DNA of 64,000 nucleotides. Origin: an uncultured Planctomycetales bacterium. Its GTDB lineage: Bacteria > Planctomycetota > MHYJ01 > JACPRB01. Each line of letters starts with the position of its first letter. Positions within the stretch are counted from its first letter, which is position 1. Under the pieces are notes generated by a model, which made no database searches, was not told the origin of the DNA, and saw only the letters and a program-made list of their open reading frames with translations. Position numbers and translations under genes: made by a program. The DNA lies in NCBI GenBank assembly GCA_964468745.1, contig CAYXVY010000201.1, forward strand, positions 4,584 through 68,583, given 5' to 3'. This document shows, piece by piece, positions 26,683 through 38,099 of the stretch.

Positions 26683-27939
26683 GTGGGGGACCTGTCGATC
26701 GAGCGTACGTCATGGAGAGAATTGCCGCACGCCGCGGAGTTCAACGTGCACGGGAAAATGACGGCGGCCGGCGTCATGTCGTTCAAGGGGACGATCGATG
26801 CCGCGGTTGACGGCCCCGTGAGCATTCTGTTGCTGGGCCTCAAACATGTGCCGTTCCTGCCGAGCATCTCGCTGTCTTACCTTTCGGATCTCGTTGTGCG
26901 ACTGCAGCGGCGCGGCGGCGGGATCGCGCTCGTGCAGGCCGACGGCAAGATCAAGGTCGTTCTCGCATCGCTCGGGCTTGTGCAGTTCTTCCAGTTCAGC
27001 GACGACTACGAACGCGCCCGCGTCTTCGCGCAAGAGCAGTCGAAGCAACTGCTGGCGCAGCCGCGGATCGTGATACATCGCGGTCCTGGAGAGGGACAGG
27101 TGTATCCCGTCGCCGGCGATCCAGTCGTCGTCGGGGGCGATCCCGAAGCGACGATCGTCGTGCGAGCGGCCAACATCAACCGTCGTCACGCGCAGATCTC
27201 CGGCGGCCGCGTCAAGGATCTCGGCTCTAAGATGGGGACGTACGTCGGCCAGAAGCGCATCGCGGACGAGGCGCTGAAGAACGGCGACATCATCCGGATC
27301 GCCGACCTCGAGCTTCGATTCGTCGAGGGCTCGCGTCTACTTTCGAATCACGCAGACGCCGCCGTTCTGGTCGGCGAGCGCGCGCATGAAGTCTTCGCGC
27401 GCGTCGGCGCCGACGCCGATCGTATGGATCTTCACGCGGCGCGTGCGGTTCATCTCGATCATCTTCGACAGGATTTCGCCAGGCTCGATGATGCGCCCGT
27501 TGTTCGGGACGCCGTCGGAGAGGAGATAGATCGTGTCGACGCCCGCCTTGAACGCGTTCGCCTCGACGGTCTCGCTACGCTTGAGCGCCTCCTTCGGCTC
27601 CTTCCTCTCGCTCAGGAGGAACGCGCGTTCGAGGGGGTCGAAGATGTTCGTCTGGCCGTCCGGCTCGAGAGCGTCGATGAACGCGATCGCCTTCTCCTTG
27701 TTTGCGCGCGTCGCGGCTTCGAGTCCCTCGTCGAGCCACGGCTGGTACTCGTGGTTGTAGATGATGATGTTGAAGCGCACGTCCTCCTTCAGCCGCCAGA
27801 TCGCGTTGCGCAGTTCGTGCTTGGCGACGTCGATTTTTCGGCCCTTGAACTCCTTCGCACGCGGGATCGGATCGCCGCCGCCGGTGGCCACCTCGGTCTC
27901 GTCCGGCTTCCATTCCGCGGGCTCTTTCATCGAGCCTGA
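26683..27939 (+). CDS. STAS (anti-sigma antagonist-like) + FHA domain protein; 3' end uncertain
   Basis: STAS-like region followed by an FHA domain; recognisable sequence ends near 27330, but the frame has no stop until 27939. Confidence 0.5.
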   Translation: MGDLSIERTSWRELPHAAEFNVHGKMTAAGVMSFKGTIDAAVDGPVSILLLGLKHVPFLPSISLSYLSDLVVRLQRRGGGIALVQADGKIKVVLASLGLVQFFQFSDDYERARVFAQEQSKQLLAQPRIVIHRGPGEGQVYPVAGDPVVVGGDPEATIVVRAANINRRHAQISGGRVKDLGSKMGTYVGQKRIADEALKNGDIIRIADLELRFVEGSRLLSNHADAAVLVGERAHEVFARVGADADRMDLHAARAVHLDHLRQDFARLDDAPVVRDAVGEEIDRVDARLERVRLDGLATLERLLRLLPLAQEERAFEGVEDVRLAVRLESVDERDRLLLVCARRGFESLVEPRLVLVVVDDDVEAHVLLQPPDRVAQFVLGDVDFSALELLRTRDRIAAAGGHLGLVRLPFRGLFHRA

Positions 27940-28920
27940 GCGATCGAGGACAAATGCGACACGCTTCGAGATCACGGGGATGCCGTAGAACTTGGCCGGC
28001 TCGCTCGCCGTGCCGCCCGCGTCGGGCTTCCGCTCCGGAGGCTTTTCGTACTTGCCCCCGAGGAGGGCCGCCTTGTTCGCCGTGAACCAGGCCTTCCACG
28101 CCGTGTAGTCGCCGCGGCTGTCGACGCCGGTCAGGGCGACGAGCACGGCGTTGATTTCCTCGCGCAGCCGTCCCGTCGCGTCTTTGAGCGCCTCGATGAG
28201 CGGCTCGATCCCCTTCGAGTCGTCGATTCGATGCAAGGCATCGACGGCCGCGAGCTTCACGGGGAAGTCCGGCGACCGCTTGAGGGCGTCCGCGATGGCG
28301 GGGATCGACTCGGCTTCGCGCCGATGGCCGAGCGCGTCGAGGATGGAGACGAGCGCACGGCCGTCCTTCTCCCGCCCCGCGGCCTTTCGCAGCGCGTCCT
28401 GTGCCTCCGACGCGGCGCACTCGCCCAGCGCCTCCGCTGCGGCGCCTCGCATGGCCCAGTCGGAATCGCCCAGCCTGGAGACGAGCGACTTCACAGCCTC
28501 GCCGCTCTTCATGCGAATGAGCGACGCGCGGATCGCCGGCTTGACGCCCTCCTCGGCGAAGATCTTCGCTTCGAGCGCCTTGGCTTCGGCCGAGAGGGCG
28601 ACGTATTCCTCGCGTTGCTTGATTTCGTCGCCCTTCCATTCCACGGTGCCGATCTGCATCTTCGCGTGGACGGGGCTCGCCTCCATCTTGCGGATGCGAT
28701 CGAGCTTGTCCGACTGATACGTGCGTATGTTGCCGGTCGAGACGGCCCAGAGGTCGAGCAGCAGCGCAGCCGATTCGGGTTTGTCGAACTCGCCGAGCTT
28801 TGTCGCGGCCTCGGCGCGCGCGGCCGTCGCCGGGTTCTTCAGCGCGGCCTTCGCGGCGTCGCGAACGGCGTTCCAGTCCCCCTGAGCCGAGAGCAGGAGG
28901 AGGAGTGCGATCGTGCTCAT
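27337..28920 (-). CDS. HEAT-repeat + von Willebrand factor A domain protein (secreted)
   Basis: signal peptide MSTIALLLLLSA, PBS-lyase HEAT-like repeats (RGAAAEALG, AAVDALHRIDD), C-terminal vWA (VAFVLDRSGSM...IHTIGVG). Confidence 0.75.
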   Translation of the reverse strand: MSTIALLLLLSAQGDWNAVRDAAKAALKNPATAARAEAATKLGEFDKPESAALLLDLWAVSTGNIRTYQSDKLDRIRKMEASPVHAKMQIGTVEWKGDEIKQREEYVALSAEAKALEAKIFAEEGVKPAIRASLIRMKSGEAVKSLVSRLGDSDWAMRGAAAEALGECAASEAQDALRKAAGREKDGRALVSILDALGHRREAESIPAIADALKRSPDFPVKLAAVDALHRIDDSKGIEPLIEALKDATGRLREEINAVLVALTGVDSRGDYTAWKAWFTANKAALLGGKYEKPPERKPDAGGTASEPAKFYGIPVISKRVAFVLDRSGSMKEPAEWKPDETEVATGGGDPIPRAKEFKGRKIDVAKHELRNAIWRLKEDVRFNIIIYNHEYQPWLDEGLEAATRANKEKAIAFIDALEPDGQTNIFDPLERAFLLSERKEPKEALKRSETVEANAFKAGVDTIYLLSDGVPNNGRIIEPGEILSKMIEMNRTRRVKIHTIGVGADAREDFMRALADQNGGVCVIRK

Positions 28921-28983
28921 CCCCGAACCTCCCTTGTCCCGCCCATTATGCAGGATCGGGATTGGGATTGGGACCGGGATTCG

Positions 28984-30246
28984 CTAGTCGAGGCTGTCGA
29001 GCAGCGCGCGCAGCTTGCGCGCCCGTGTCGGATGGCGCAGCTTCTCGATCGCCTTGAGTTCGATCTGGCGTACGCGCTCGCGACTCAGATTGTAGATCTT
29101 CGCGATGTCTTCGAGCGTGTACGAATCGCCGTGGCCGAGCCCGAATCGCAGACGAACCACCTCGCGTTCCCGTGGCGAGAGCGTGTCGAGCACGCGCGTC
29201 ATGCCCTCGAGCAGCGAGCGCGCGTCGGCCAGAGGCTCCTCGCGGGGAGCCGCGACAGTCTCGGCGAGGGAAGACTCGTCGCCCTGCACGTGGTCGAGGC
29301 TGAGGCAATGGACTGCCGTGCGGAAGACCCGCTGCGCCTGCGCGCGCGAGATGTCGAGCTTCGCGGCGAGTTCGTACGGCGTCGGGTCGCGTCCCTCCCG
29401 GTCGCGGAACTTTTTCACGGCGTCGCGGATCATCTGCGGCGCCTCGGCGAGATTGACGGGCTGCCGGATGAGGCGAAATTTGCCGGCGAGGGCGCGCGTC
29501 ATCGACTGCTTGATCCACCAGAACGCGTACGAGTGGAACTGGCACACCTCGCGTGCGTCGTATTTCTCCGTCGCGTAGAGGAGGCCGACGTTGCCTTCCT
29601 GGATCAGCTCGAGGATCTGCGACGGGTGGCGCGCGACCTGCTTGGCGACGTGAACAACGAGGCGCAGATTTGCGGACACGAGTGCGTTGCGAACGACGAC
29701 GAACGCGCGATGAACGGCCAGAGCGCGATGCAGGCGGTAGTTGCGGCCGCGTTCGTGGCGAGTCCCTTCGTGCTCGACTGCGCGGAGCAGCCGGCGCAGG
29801 ATGCCGATGCGCAGCTTCAACTTGAGCGCGAGGTCGCGGCCTTCCGCATAAACTTCTCTGCCACCGTCTTCGACGATTTCGCGCAGGCGGGCGATGACCG
29901 GCGCCAGGAGTCGAAGATGTGCGTGGAAGTCGCGCTCCGACAGCCCCCCGATGTTGAAGGCCTTCATGGCCGGCCTGCGGCCGCGCAGGACGTCGGCGAC
30001 GAGCGCGATCGCGTGCGGCCAGAGTTCGGGCACGGCACTGGCCGCGTTGATGAACATCGCGCGGCGGCGTGCCATCGTCCGTGCGAGATGCCGCTCCTGC
30101 TCCTTCTCGAGCAAAGGCGTGCGTGCGGCTTCGACCAGATAGCGCCCGATTGGATCCGATGCGGCTCCGGCACCGCGAGCGGGTGCGTCCGATTCGGCTG
30201 TCCCCTGCTGCCCCCAGTCGCCTTGCGCAGTTTCTTTGAATGTCAT
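28984..30246 (-). CDS. sigma-70 family alternative sigma factor (regions 2-4)
   Basis: ELIQEGNVGLLYATEKYD region 2 and TLEDIAKIYNLSRERVRQIELKAIEKLR region 4; start taken at MTFKETAQ. Confidence 0.7.
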   Translation of the reverse strand: MTFKETAQGDWGQQGTAESDAPARGAGAASDPIGRYLVEAARTPLLEKEQERHLARTMARRRAMFINAASAVPELWPHAIALVADVLRGRRPAMKAFNIGGLSERDFHAHLRLLAPVIARLREIVEDGGREVYAEGRDLALKLKLRIGILRRLLRAVEHEGTRHERGRNYRLHRALAVHRAFVVVRNALVSANLRLVVHVAKQVARHPSQILELIQEGNVGLLYATEKYDAREVCQFHSYAFWWIKQSMTRALAGKFRLIRQPVNLAEAPQMIRDAVKKFRDREGRDPTPYELAAKLDISRAQAQRVFRTAVHCLSLDHVQGDESSLAETVAAPREEPLADARSLLEGMTRVLDTLSPREREVVRLRFGLGHGDSYTLEDIAKIYNLSRERVRQIELKAIEKLRHPTRARKLRALLDSLD

Positions 30247-30377
30247 CGTGGTCTGCCTCCAGCAACTGAACTGGTAGCACAGTATCAAACGACGTGCCAC
30301 TGTTATGGAATGCAAGGCGTTTGAGTGCAGCATGTTGCGTGGTGGCATACACGCGGCCGTGAAGAAACACCGATACT

Positions 30378-32534
<2,157 letters not shown>

Positions 32535-32632
32535 GCGATCATCGTAGCGCCTGCGGCGGACGAATACACCGAAATTATCGGTATTCGTAAGTCCTTGCGC
32601 GCCAAGGAAAGTCGTGTCTCATCGATGAGACA

Positions 32633-33472
32633 TTAGGCGCTGCGCTCGTGGAGGCGGTACCGGTCGAGCAGCCCCATTTTCGAGCTGTAATCCGAGGGCA
32701 GCGATTGGAGGATGCGCGCAACCTCGTCTGCCATCTTGCCTGCGGTCGGGTAGCTCGTCCTCGCGAAATTTTGGAAGTCGGCGTCGGCAACCGGGTGAAC
32801 GCGTCGCAGCGGCGGGATCTCGCCAGCCGCGATCAGCGCGAACGCCTTGCCGCTCAGCAGCGACAGGAAGAGGAGGTGCAGCGCGTCGATGTCCGTGCCC
32901 TTGTCCGCCACAGGGGGTGCCGTGGCGGGGTCAAAATGGCGCCTGAGCTGGCCGACGGCGAAATCGACGATGTGCGGATGCCCGTTCGAGGAGAGGATCA
33001 CGTTCGGCGGCGCGATGCCGCCGTGGACGATGTCGCGCTCGTGGCTGAACTCGATCGCCCGTGCGACTTCGTAAAACGTCTGCATCGCGGGAAGCGGCTC
33101 GAGCGTCGTCTTTTCAAGCGGGTCTCCATGCACGTAGTCGCGCACCGTGAAGTAGCCGCCGCCGACCGTGGAGAGCTTGTGATACGTGACGATCACCGGA
33201 TGCTGCAGTGCGGCAAGCGGTTTCAAATGGGCGCAGACGGCCGCGACGGTTGAAGGATCGTTCGTGCGGCCCAGCACGCGCAGGACGAGGGTGTGAGGCC
33301 GCGTGTTGTCGGTCGCCTCCATCACGCCGGGTCCGAGCGTGCGCAGGAGGGTGTACTTGCCGAACTGGTTGGCAGCGCCCTCCGGGGTGCGTTTGGCAGG
33401 CCCGGAAGGCTTCTCCGGCCCCGCCAGCATGCGCTGGAGTTTCGCGACGTTTATGTCCGACAGGTCCGCCAT
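32633..33472 (-). CDS. kinase-fold pseudokinase translationally coupled to the ECF-like sigma
   Basis: kinase-like fold with Gly-loop LGPGVMEA, VAIK replaced by LVLRV, catalytic loop HGGIAPPNV (no Asp or Lys), DFG replaced by DFA; ATGA overlap with the sigma stop at 33472. Confidence 0.65.
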   Translation of the reverse strand: MADLSDINVAKLQRMLAGPEKPSGPAKRTPEGAANQFGKYTLLRTLGPGVMEATDNTRPHTLVLRVLGRTNDPSTVAAVCAHLKPLAALQHPVIVTYHKLSTVGGGYFTVRDYVHGDPLEKTTLEPLPAMQTFYEVARAIEFSHERDIVHGGIAPPNVILSSNGHPHIVDFAVGQLRRHFDPATAPPVADKGTDIDALHLLFLSLLSGKAFALIAAGEIPPLRRVHPVADADFQNFARTSYPTAGKMADEVARILQSLPSDYSSKMGLLDRYRLHERSA

Positions 33473-34194
33473 CAGGGCTTCGGCTCGCCGAGGAGATCCG
33501 ACATCTCCTCGCGATACTCCTCCTCCGAAAGAGTGTACTCCTTCACGCGGTCGCTGATGTGTTCGCGCAGCCGGCGGCGCGCGTCGGCCAGATAGTTCGT
33601 GACGTCCCAGATCTTCAGCCCGAGCTCTTTCGCGACGGACTCGTACGAGACTACGGCGTCGGCCGACAGCTGGTAGCGTTCGAACACTTTCATGTACATC
33701 TCTTTGCCTTCCGCCGCATACGAGCGCCGCAGCGCGTCGATGGCGTGCGTGAAGATGGTCCGCACCCACTCCGAACGATAGAGGTCCTCGGGCGTCCCAT
33801 CCGCACTCACCGACACTTCGCCGTCCTCGTCCGCGGCCATGTCGAGCGACACGATCTTCTGTCCTCCGCCTCGTCGCTGTGCCTGCTGTTCGGCGTATTG
33901 ATTGCGGAGGTAATTCTCGAGGGCGGTGCGAAGGAGGGCGTGGAAACGGCCGCGTTCGCGGTCGGCGCCGGCGAGGAATTCCTTCTCAATGATGTTGGTG
34001 ATGAACGACTGGGTGAGGTCTTTGGCGTCCTCGTTCGAGCGGTTCCACTTGCGTCGGACGTAGACGTAGATCGGACGCCAGTAGAGGGCGAGGAGCCGCT
34101 GGAGAGCCTCGCGGCGTTCAGGACCCTCGAAACGCCCAGCTCGAATGATGGCGGACCAAGGGGTGGCAGGGAACCGCTCGGGGCCCTCTCCCAT
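33472..34194 (-). CDS. ECF-like sigma-70 family factor (paralog 3)
   Basis: MGEGPERFPATPW N-terminus, YWRPIYVYV...DLTQSF region 2; start placed by alignment to the two paralogs. Confidence 0.7.
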   Translation of the reverse strand: MGEGPERFPATPWSAIIRAGRFEGPERREALQRLLALYWRPIYVYVRRKWNRSNEDAKDLTQSFITNIIEKEFLAGADRERGRFHALLRTALENYLRNQYAEQQAQRRGGGQKIVSLDMAADEDGEVSVSADGTPEDLYRSEWVRTIFTHAIDALRRSYAAEGKEMYMKVFERYQLSADAVVSYESVAKELGLKIWDVTNYLADARRRLREHISDRVKEYTLSEEEYREEMSDLLGEPKP

Positions 34195-34396
34195 CTCCGT
34201 ATCCTGTTGAGGCTGCCGGTCGGTCACGTGTCCTCCGTGTCCCATTATACACACGCCGTGCGAGTGGCGTTCAGGCCATAAAGTGCTGCCCGGAATTTTT
34301 GAAATTTGATTAAATATGGCTGGTCCGGGCGGTGTAGAGCATACGGACACGGGAATCACGGGAATCTGGTGCGGTGGGCTCTCTAGCTTGGAGGTT

Positions 34397-35968
34397 ATGG
34401 TGATGCGCATCCCTAAGTTTCCAGGGCGGCTGGCGTTCAGCGCGGCGCTCGTGGCTGTCTTCCTTGTGATGGGGGTCAGCAGACCTGAGGCTCAGGCCAC
34501 GGTCATTGACTACTCATATGCGTATCATGGCCCCGGCTGGTCGTACGTCACGCGCATCTGGACCAACGGGGTCGACATCGACACGTATCGCAGTTCCGCA
34601 GGGACATCGGGGACGATAGCGCATCTTGACGCGCATCCGAGCATCTTCAACCCGAGCGCCATCTACGGTATCGTCCCGGGGACGGTCGGCGTGAAGCGCA
34701 TCGGCCCCGGCAGCGGCGTCCCCGTCAATACGTACCTCACGACGGGCTCCGCGCAGGGCGCGTGCTACGTCAACTCGCCGCCGCTCAACCCGCACTACTT
34801 CGTGGTCGGCAAGTACGCGTCCGGCGGGTCGCTCGAATTCTTCGACGTCCATAATCAGAACGTTTCCGAGATCTTCGTCCATATCCCCACGGGTCACGAG
34901 CCGCAGGACTGCGCGTTCGCGAAGGCGACGACGACAGCCTTCAGCCCGGCCAACCCGGCCTTCCGCTGGTTCTGGATCGATAAGGCCCCCACGGGCTCGA
35001 CGGCGGAGACCTTGTACTACCTTGACCTGCGCACTGCCGACGTGCAGCTCTCAGGCGGCGCCGTCCAGAATCCGTGGAACCCGACGCCCCAGATCTCGAC
35101 CTACGGCCCCCCGTTCTCGAGCCTGGGGACGCAGCTCGGCGGCGTCGGCCCTAGCGGCGTATCGTGGACCGGCCGCTTCATCACCATGACGGGTATCAGT
35201 GGCCTCGATGACGACAGCCATCGCCTTCAGACGTGGGTTAACGCGGCCGGCCGGCCGTTCCTGATCCACGCCCGCAACGTCCTCATCTCGCCCCTTCCTC
35301 CGGTCTACGGCGACGACGTCACCGTGTACGCCGCCGATGCGGCCTCGGGCGTCCTGCCCACGACCTTCACTACGACGGTGACGACATCCGGCATCCCGAC
35401 GGTGGCCCACGACATCAAGGTCATCGGGAACTTCCTGTTCGTAACGGCGGGAACGAACGGTTCGGCGAAGGGCGGCGACGGGGTTTACTCGTACTTCATC
35501 AATCCCGGCGGCACGCTCACAGCGCGCGGATCGCTTCCGTTCCTCGGTGCGACGGGCATCTGGTCGAACTTCGTCAACGACAGGCTGTACATCGGCGCCG
35601 ACGACAGCAGCGCCAGTTACGGGGTGTGCCCCGTCGATCCGCTGACGAGCGGCCTGACGACCGACACGGGCACGAATCCGCTTCTGGGCCTCTCGACACA
35701 CCTCGCGCTCTCCATCGCGGAGCAGCAGCTCATCACGCCTCCCGATCGCAAGTGGGTCGGCAACGACGGCATCGGCGTCCGCGAGGACTCGAGCTCGTTC
35801 CCCGGCACCGCCTTCGGCAATCCAAACGGCAGGTCGCGCAACGGCGGCGCATGCTCCGGCGCGCTCCTCGGTGAAGAGAACGGCGGCGGCCTCGGCGCTC
35901 TTGCCTTCATGGTCCTGCTCGTCGGCTTGGCCGGCGCTACCCTGCGTGAAGCAGGCAGAAAGACCTAG
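34397..35968 (+). CDS. secreted protein, paralog B, MYXO-CTERM-like sorting signal
   Basis: signal peptide MRIPKFPGRLAFSAALVAVFLVMG; C-terminus GGACSGALLGEENGGG...FMVLLVGLAGATLREAGRKT; collinear similarity to 5564..7180. Confidence 0.75.
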   Translation: MVMRIPKFPGRLAFSAALVAVFLVMGVSRPEAQATVIDYSYAYHGPGWSYVTRIWTNGVDIDTYRSSAGTSGTIAHLDAHPSIFNPSAIYGIVPGTVGVKRIGPGSGVPVNTYLTTGSAQGACYVNSPPLNPHYFVVGKYASGGSLEFFDVHNQNVSEIFVHIPTGHEPQDCAFAKATTTAFSPANPAFRWFWIDKAPTGSTAETLYYLDLRTADVQLSGGAVQNPWNPTPQISTYGPPFSSLGTQLGGVGPSGVSWTGRFITMTGISGLDDDSHRLQTWVNAAGRPFLIHARNVLISPLPPVYGDDVTVYAADAASGVLPTTFTTTVTTSGIPTVAHDIKVIGNFLFVTAGTNGSAKGGDGVYSYFINPGGTLTARGSLPFLGATGIWSNFVNDRLYIGADDSSASYGVCPVDPLTSGLTTDTGTNPLLGLSTHLALSIAEQQLITPPDRKWVGNDGIGVREDSSSFPGTAFGNPNGRSRNGGACSGALLGEENGGGLGALAFMVLLVGLAGATLREAGRKT

Positions 35969-35994
35969 AAAACGTCCCAACATCGTCCCGCGTA

Positions 35995-36033
35995 AAACAC
36001 CCCGCGGCCAAAAGCCGCGGGGTGTTTTCTTTC
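35995..36033 (+). terminator. rho-independent terminator
   Basis: GC-rich hairpin caccccgcggc-caaaa-gccgcggggtg followed by ttttctttc, directly after the paralog B stop. Confidence 0.7.
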
Positions 36034-36037
36034 ATAG

Positions 36038-36820
36038 ATGGTCATGAATGTCGTCGTATGGCTCCTGATCGCCCTCGTCGCGCAGGAGGACCGGCATCGC
36101 GAGGCGATCGAGAAGGGACTCAAACTTCCACCGCCGGAAGAGGTCGAGACTTGGTCGGCCAAGGGCGAACACTTCAAGCGGGCGCTCGGCATCCTGCTCG
36201 ACAAGAAGAACTGGGCGAAAGCGCTCGCCGCCGTCGAAGAACGCACGGGCCTCTCGGCCGAGAAGATCGACGTCACGGTCAAGTTCGCCAAGCTCGAACA
36301 GCCCGCGATGGGGAACGGCGTCGCCGGACGCGGGGAAGTGGCGCTCGACATCAACAAGCTCGCCAGCTACGAGAAGTCGGTCATGGAATACGAGAAGCTG
36401 CGCGACAAGACGCTCGTCGTCATTCCGCCGGCACGCACGCCTCAGATCCTTCACCACGAGCTCACGCACTGCTTCCAGAACCTGAAGCAGCCGCTGTGGT
36501 TTCTCGAAGGTATGGCCACGTACGTCGCGAACGACGGCCACTTCATCGCCTACTTTCGGCACGACAAGATCAAGGTGCAGGCGATCGACGCCACCTACGA
36601 GCACAAGCACCTCTACGCGCGCGGCTGGGCGTTTTTTGAGTTCGTGAAGGCGAAGCACGGCGAGGACAAGCTCAAGCAGCTGATCGCACGCGCGGTGAAG
36701 GACGGCAAATCGGTGGAGGAGGCGGCGGCGGAAGTCACCGGCACGGACTGGGAGACCCTCAAGGGGCAGGAAAAGGACTGGTCGGCAAAGTGGATCTCGT
36801 CGTACAAGATCCAGAAGTAA
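36038..36820 (+). CDS. putative zinc metallopeptidase-like protein (HExxH)
   Basis: HHELTH motif; otherwise unrecognised. Confidence 0.45.
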   Translation: MVMNVVVWLLIALVAQEDRHREAIEKGLKLPPPEEVETWSAKGEHFKRALGILLDKKNWAKALAAVEERTGLSAEKIDVTVKFAKLEQPAMGNGVAGRGEVALDINKLASYEKSVMEYEKLRDKTLVVIPPARTPQILHHELTHCFQNLKQPLWFLEGMATYVANDGHFIAYFRHDKIKVQAIDATYEHKHLYARGWAFFEFVKAKHGEDKLKQLIARAVKDGKSVEEAAAEVTGTDWETLKGQEKDWSAKWISSYKIQK

Positions 36821-36863
36821 CGGGTCCTTCGTTGCCGATATATCTCTTGTCCCGGGGGTTTTA

Positions 36864-38078
36864 ATGCCGCTGCATCTGGCGCTGTTGCTGATCCTGGCCC
36901 AGTCGGGCGACGGGCTCGGCGATACAAAGGTCTTCCGCGAGTACGACTTTTCCGTGCGCCCGCCCGCCGCTTGGAAGGCCGTCCTTCTCCTGCCGCCCGC
37001 GTTCGTCCGCTTCGAGGCGCCCGAGGGAGGGCCCGTCGGCGCGCAGGTGGTTCTGCGTCAGTACGAGCCCCAATTCCCAATGACGTTGAAGGTGTTCTTC
37101 GACGAAATCGTCTCGCCTCACTTCAAAGGTGAGCTCGCGGATCTCAAGATCACGACCGACGAGAACCTGACCGTATCCGGCCACCCGTGCCGTCTCGTCG
37201 TCGCCCAGGGGAAGAAGAAGGACGGGGCGGCGCACGCAATCGTCACCGCGATCGCGGCGCGCGGCTACAAGGAGTTCTTCTTTGTCGATGGGGCTTGCGC
37301 GGGCAAGGACGTCGACACGCTGATTGCGCTCATCCGCAAGGTCGTGGGCAGCTTGACGCTCGGGCTTCCCGATTCCAAGGAGGAGGCCGACTGCATCGCG
37401 AAGCTGCCCGCACTGGGCTTCCGCGCGGAAGTGACGGGCGATCGCTGGTACCGCGTGACCGTTAAAGGGCAGAAGTTTGGCCACCAGCACGTGGTCATCC
37501 GCGAAGGGAAGCTGAACGGTCGTCCGGCCTACGAGTGGGACGTCGATCAGGCGCTCAAATACAGCGACGGCGGCACGTCCATCCGTTCGCGTGGCGCGTT
37601 CACGCCGGACGGTCTCTCGCAGAAGTGCGATTACGAGTTCGTCGTCGAGCAGAAGGACCAACCGAAAAAAACCTACCTCGAGACGGTCGAGATCGCCAAC
37701 GGCGAGGCGACCGTCACCCGCACGATTGCGGGCGTGACCGAACTCAAGAAGGTCCTGCGCCTTTCCGAGAAGACGTACCTCACCGACGCGGCGGATGTCG
37801 TGCGCGGGCTGGCTGCGCTCGCCGGGAAGGGGACGTGGGGGCTGCGCGTGCTGAACCCCTTCAGCGACGTCGCGCAGATCGAGGAAATCGAGTGCGGGCC
37901 GATGGAGCGCATCAAGATCGAGGACGAGTCCGTCGACGGCGCGGTGATGCTGGTGAAAGTCGCGCGGCGACGTCAGACGGCGTACTACGTAGATTCGCAG
38001 GGCGCCCTGCTGAGCGTGGGCGCCGCCAATCACGCATTCAGGGTCTATCGTTGCACGAAGGACGAAGCGCTGAAGTAG
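36864..38078 (+). CDS. hypothetical secreted protein
   Basis: signal peptide MPLHLALLLILAQS; no recognisable domain. Confidence 0.45.
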   Translation: MPLHLALLLILAQSGDGLGDTKVFREYDFSVRPPAAWKAVLLLPPAFVRFEAPEGGPVGAQVVLRQYEPQFPMTLKVFFDEIVSPHFKGELADLKITTDENLTVSGHPCRLVVAQGKKKDGAAHAIVTAIAARGYKEFFFVDGACAGKDVDTLIALIRKVVGSLTLGLPDSKEEADCIAKLPALGFRAEVTGDRWYRVTVKGQKFGHQHVVIREGKLNGRPAYEWDVDQALKYSDGGTSIRSRGAFTPDGLSQKCDYEFVVEQKDQPKKTYLETVEIANGEATVTRTIAGVTELKKVLRLSEKTYLTDAADVVRGLAALAGKGTWGLRVLNPFSDVAQIEEIECGPMERIKIEDESVDGAVMLVKVARRRQTAYYVDSQGALLSVGAANHAFRVYRCTKDEALK

Positions 38079-38099
38079 TCGGACGAGGGGGGAAATCGA

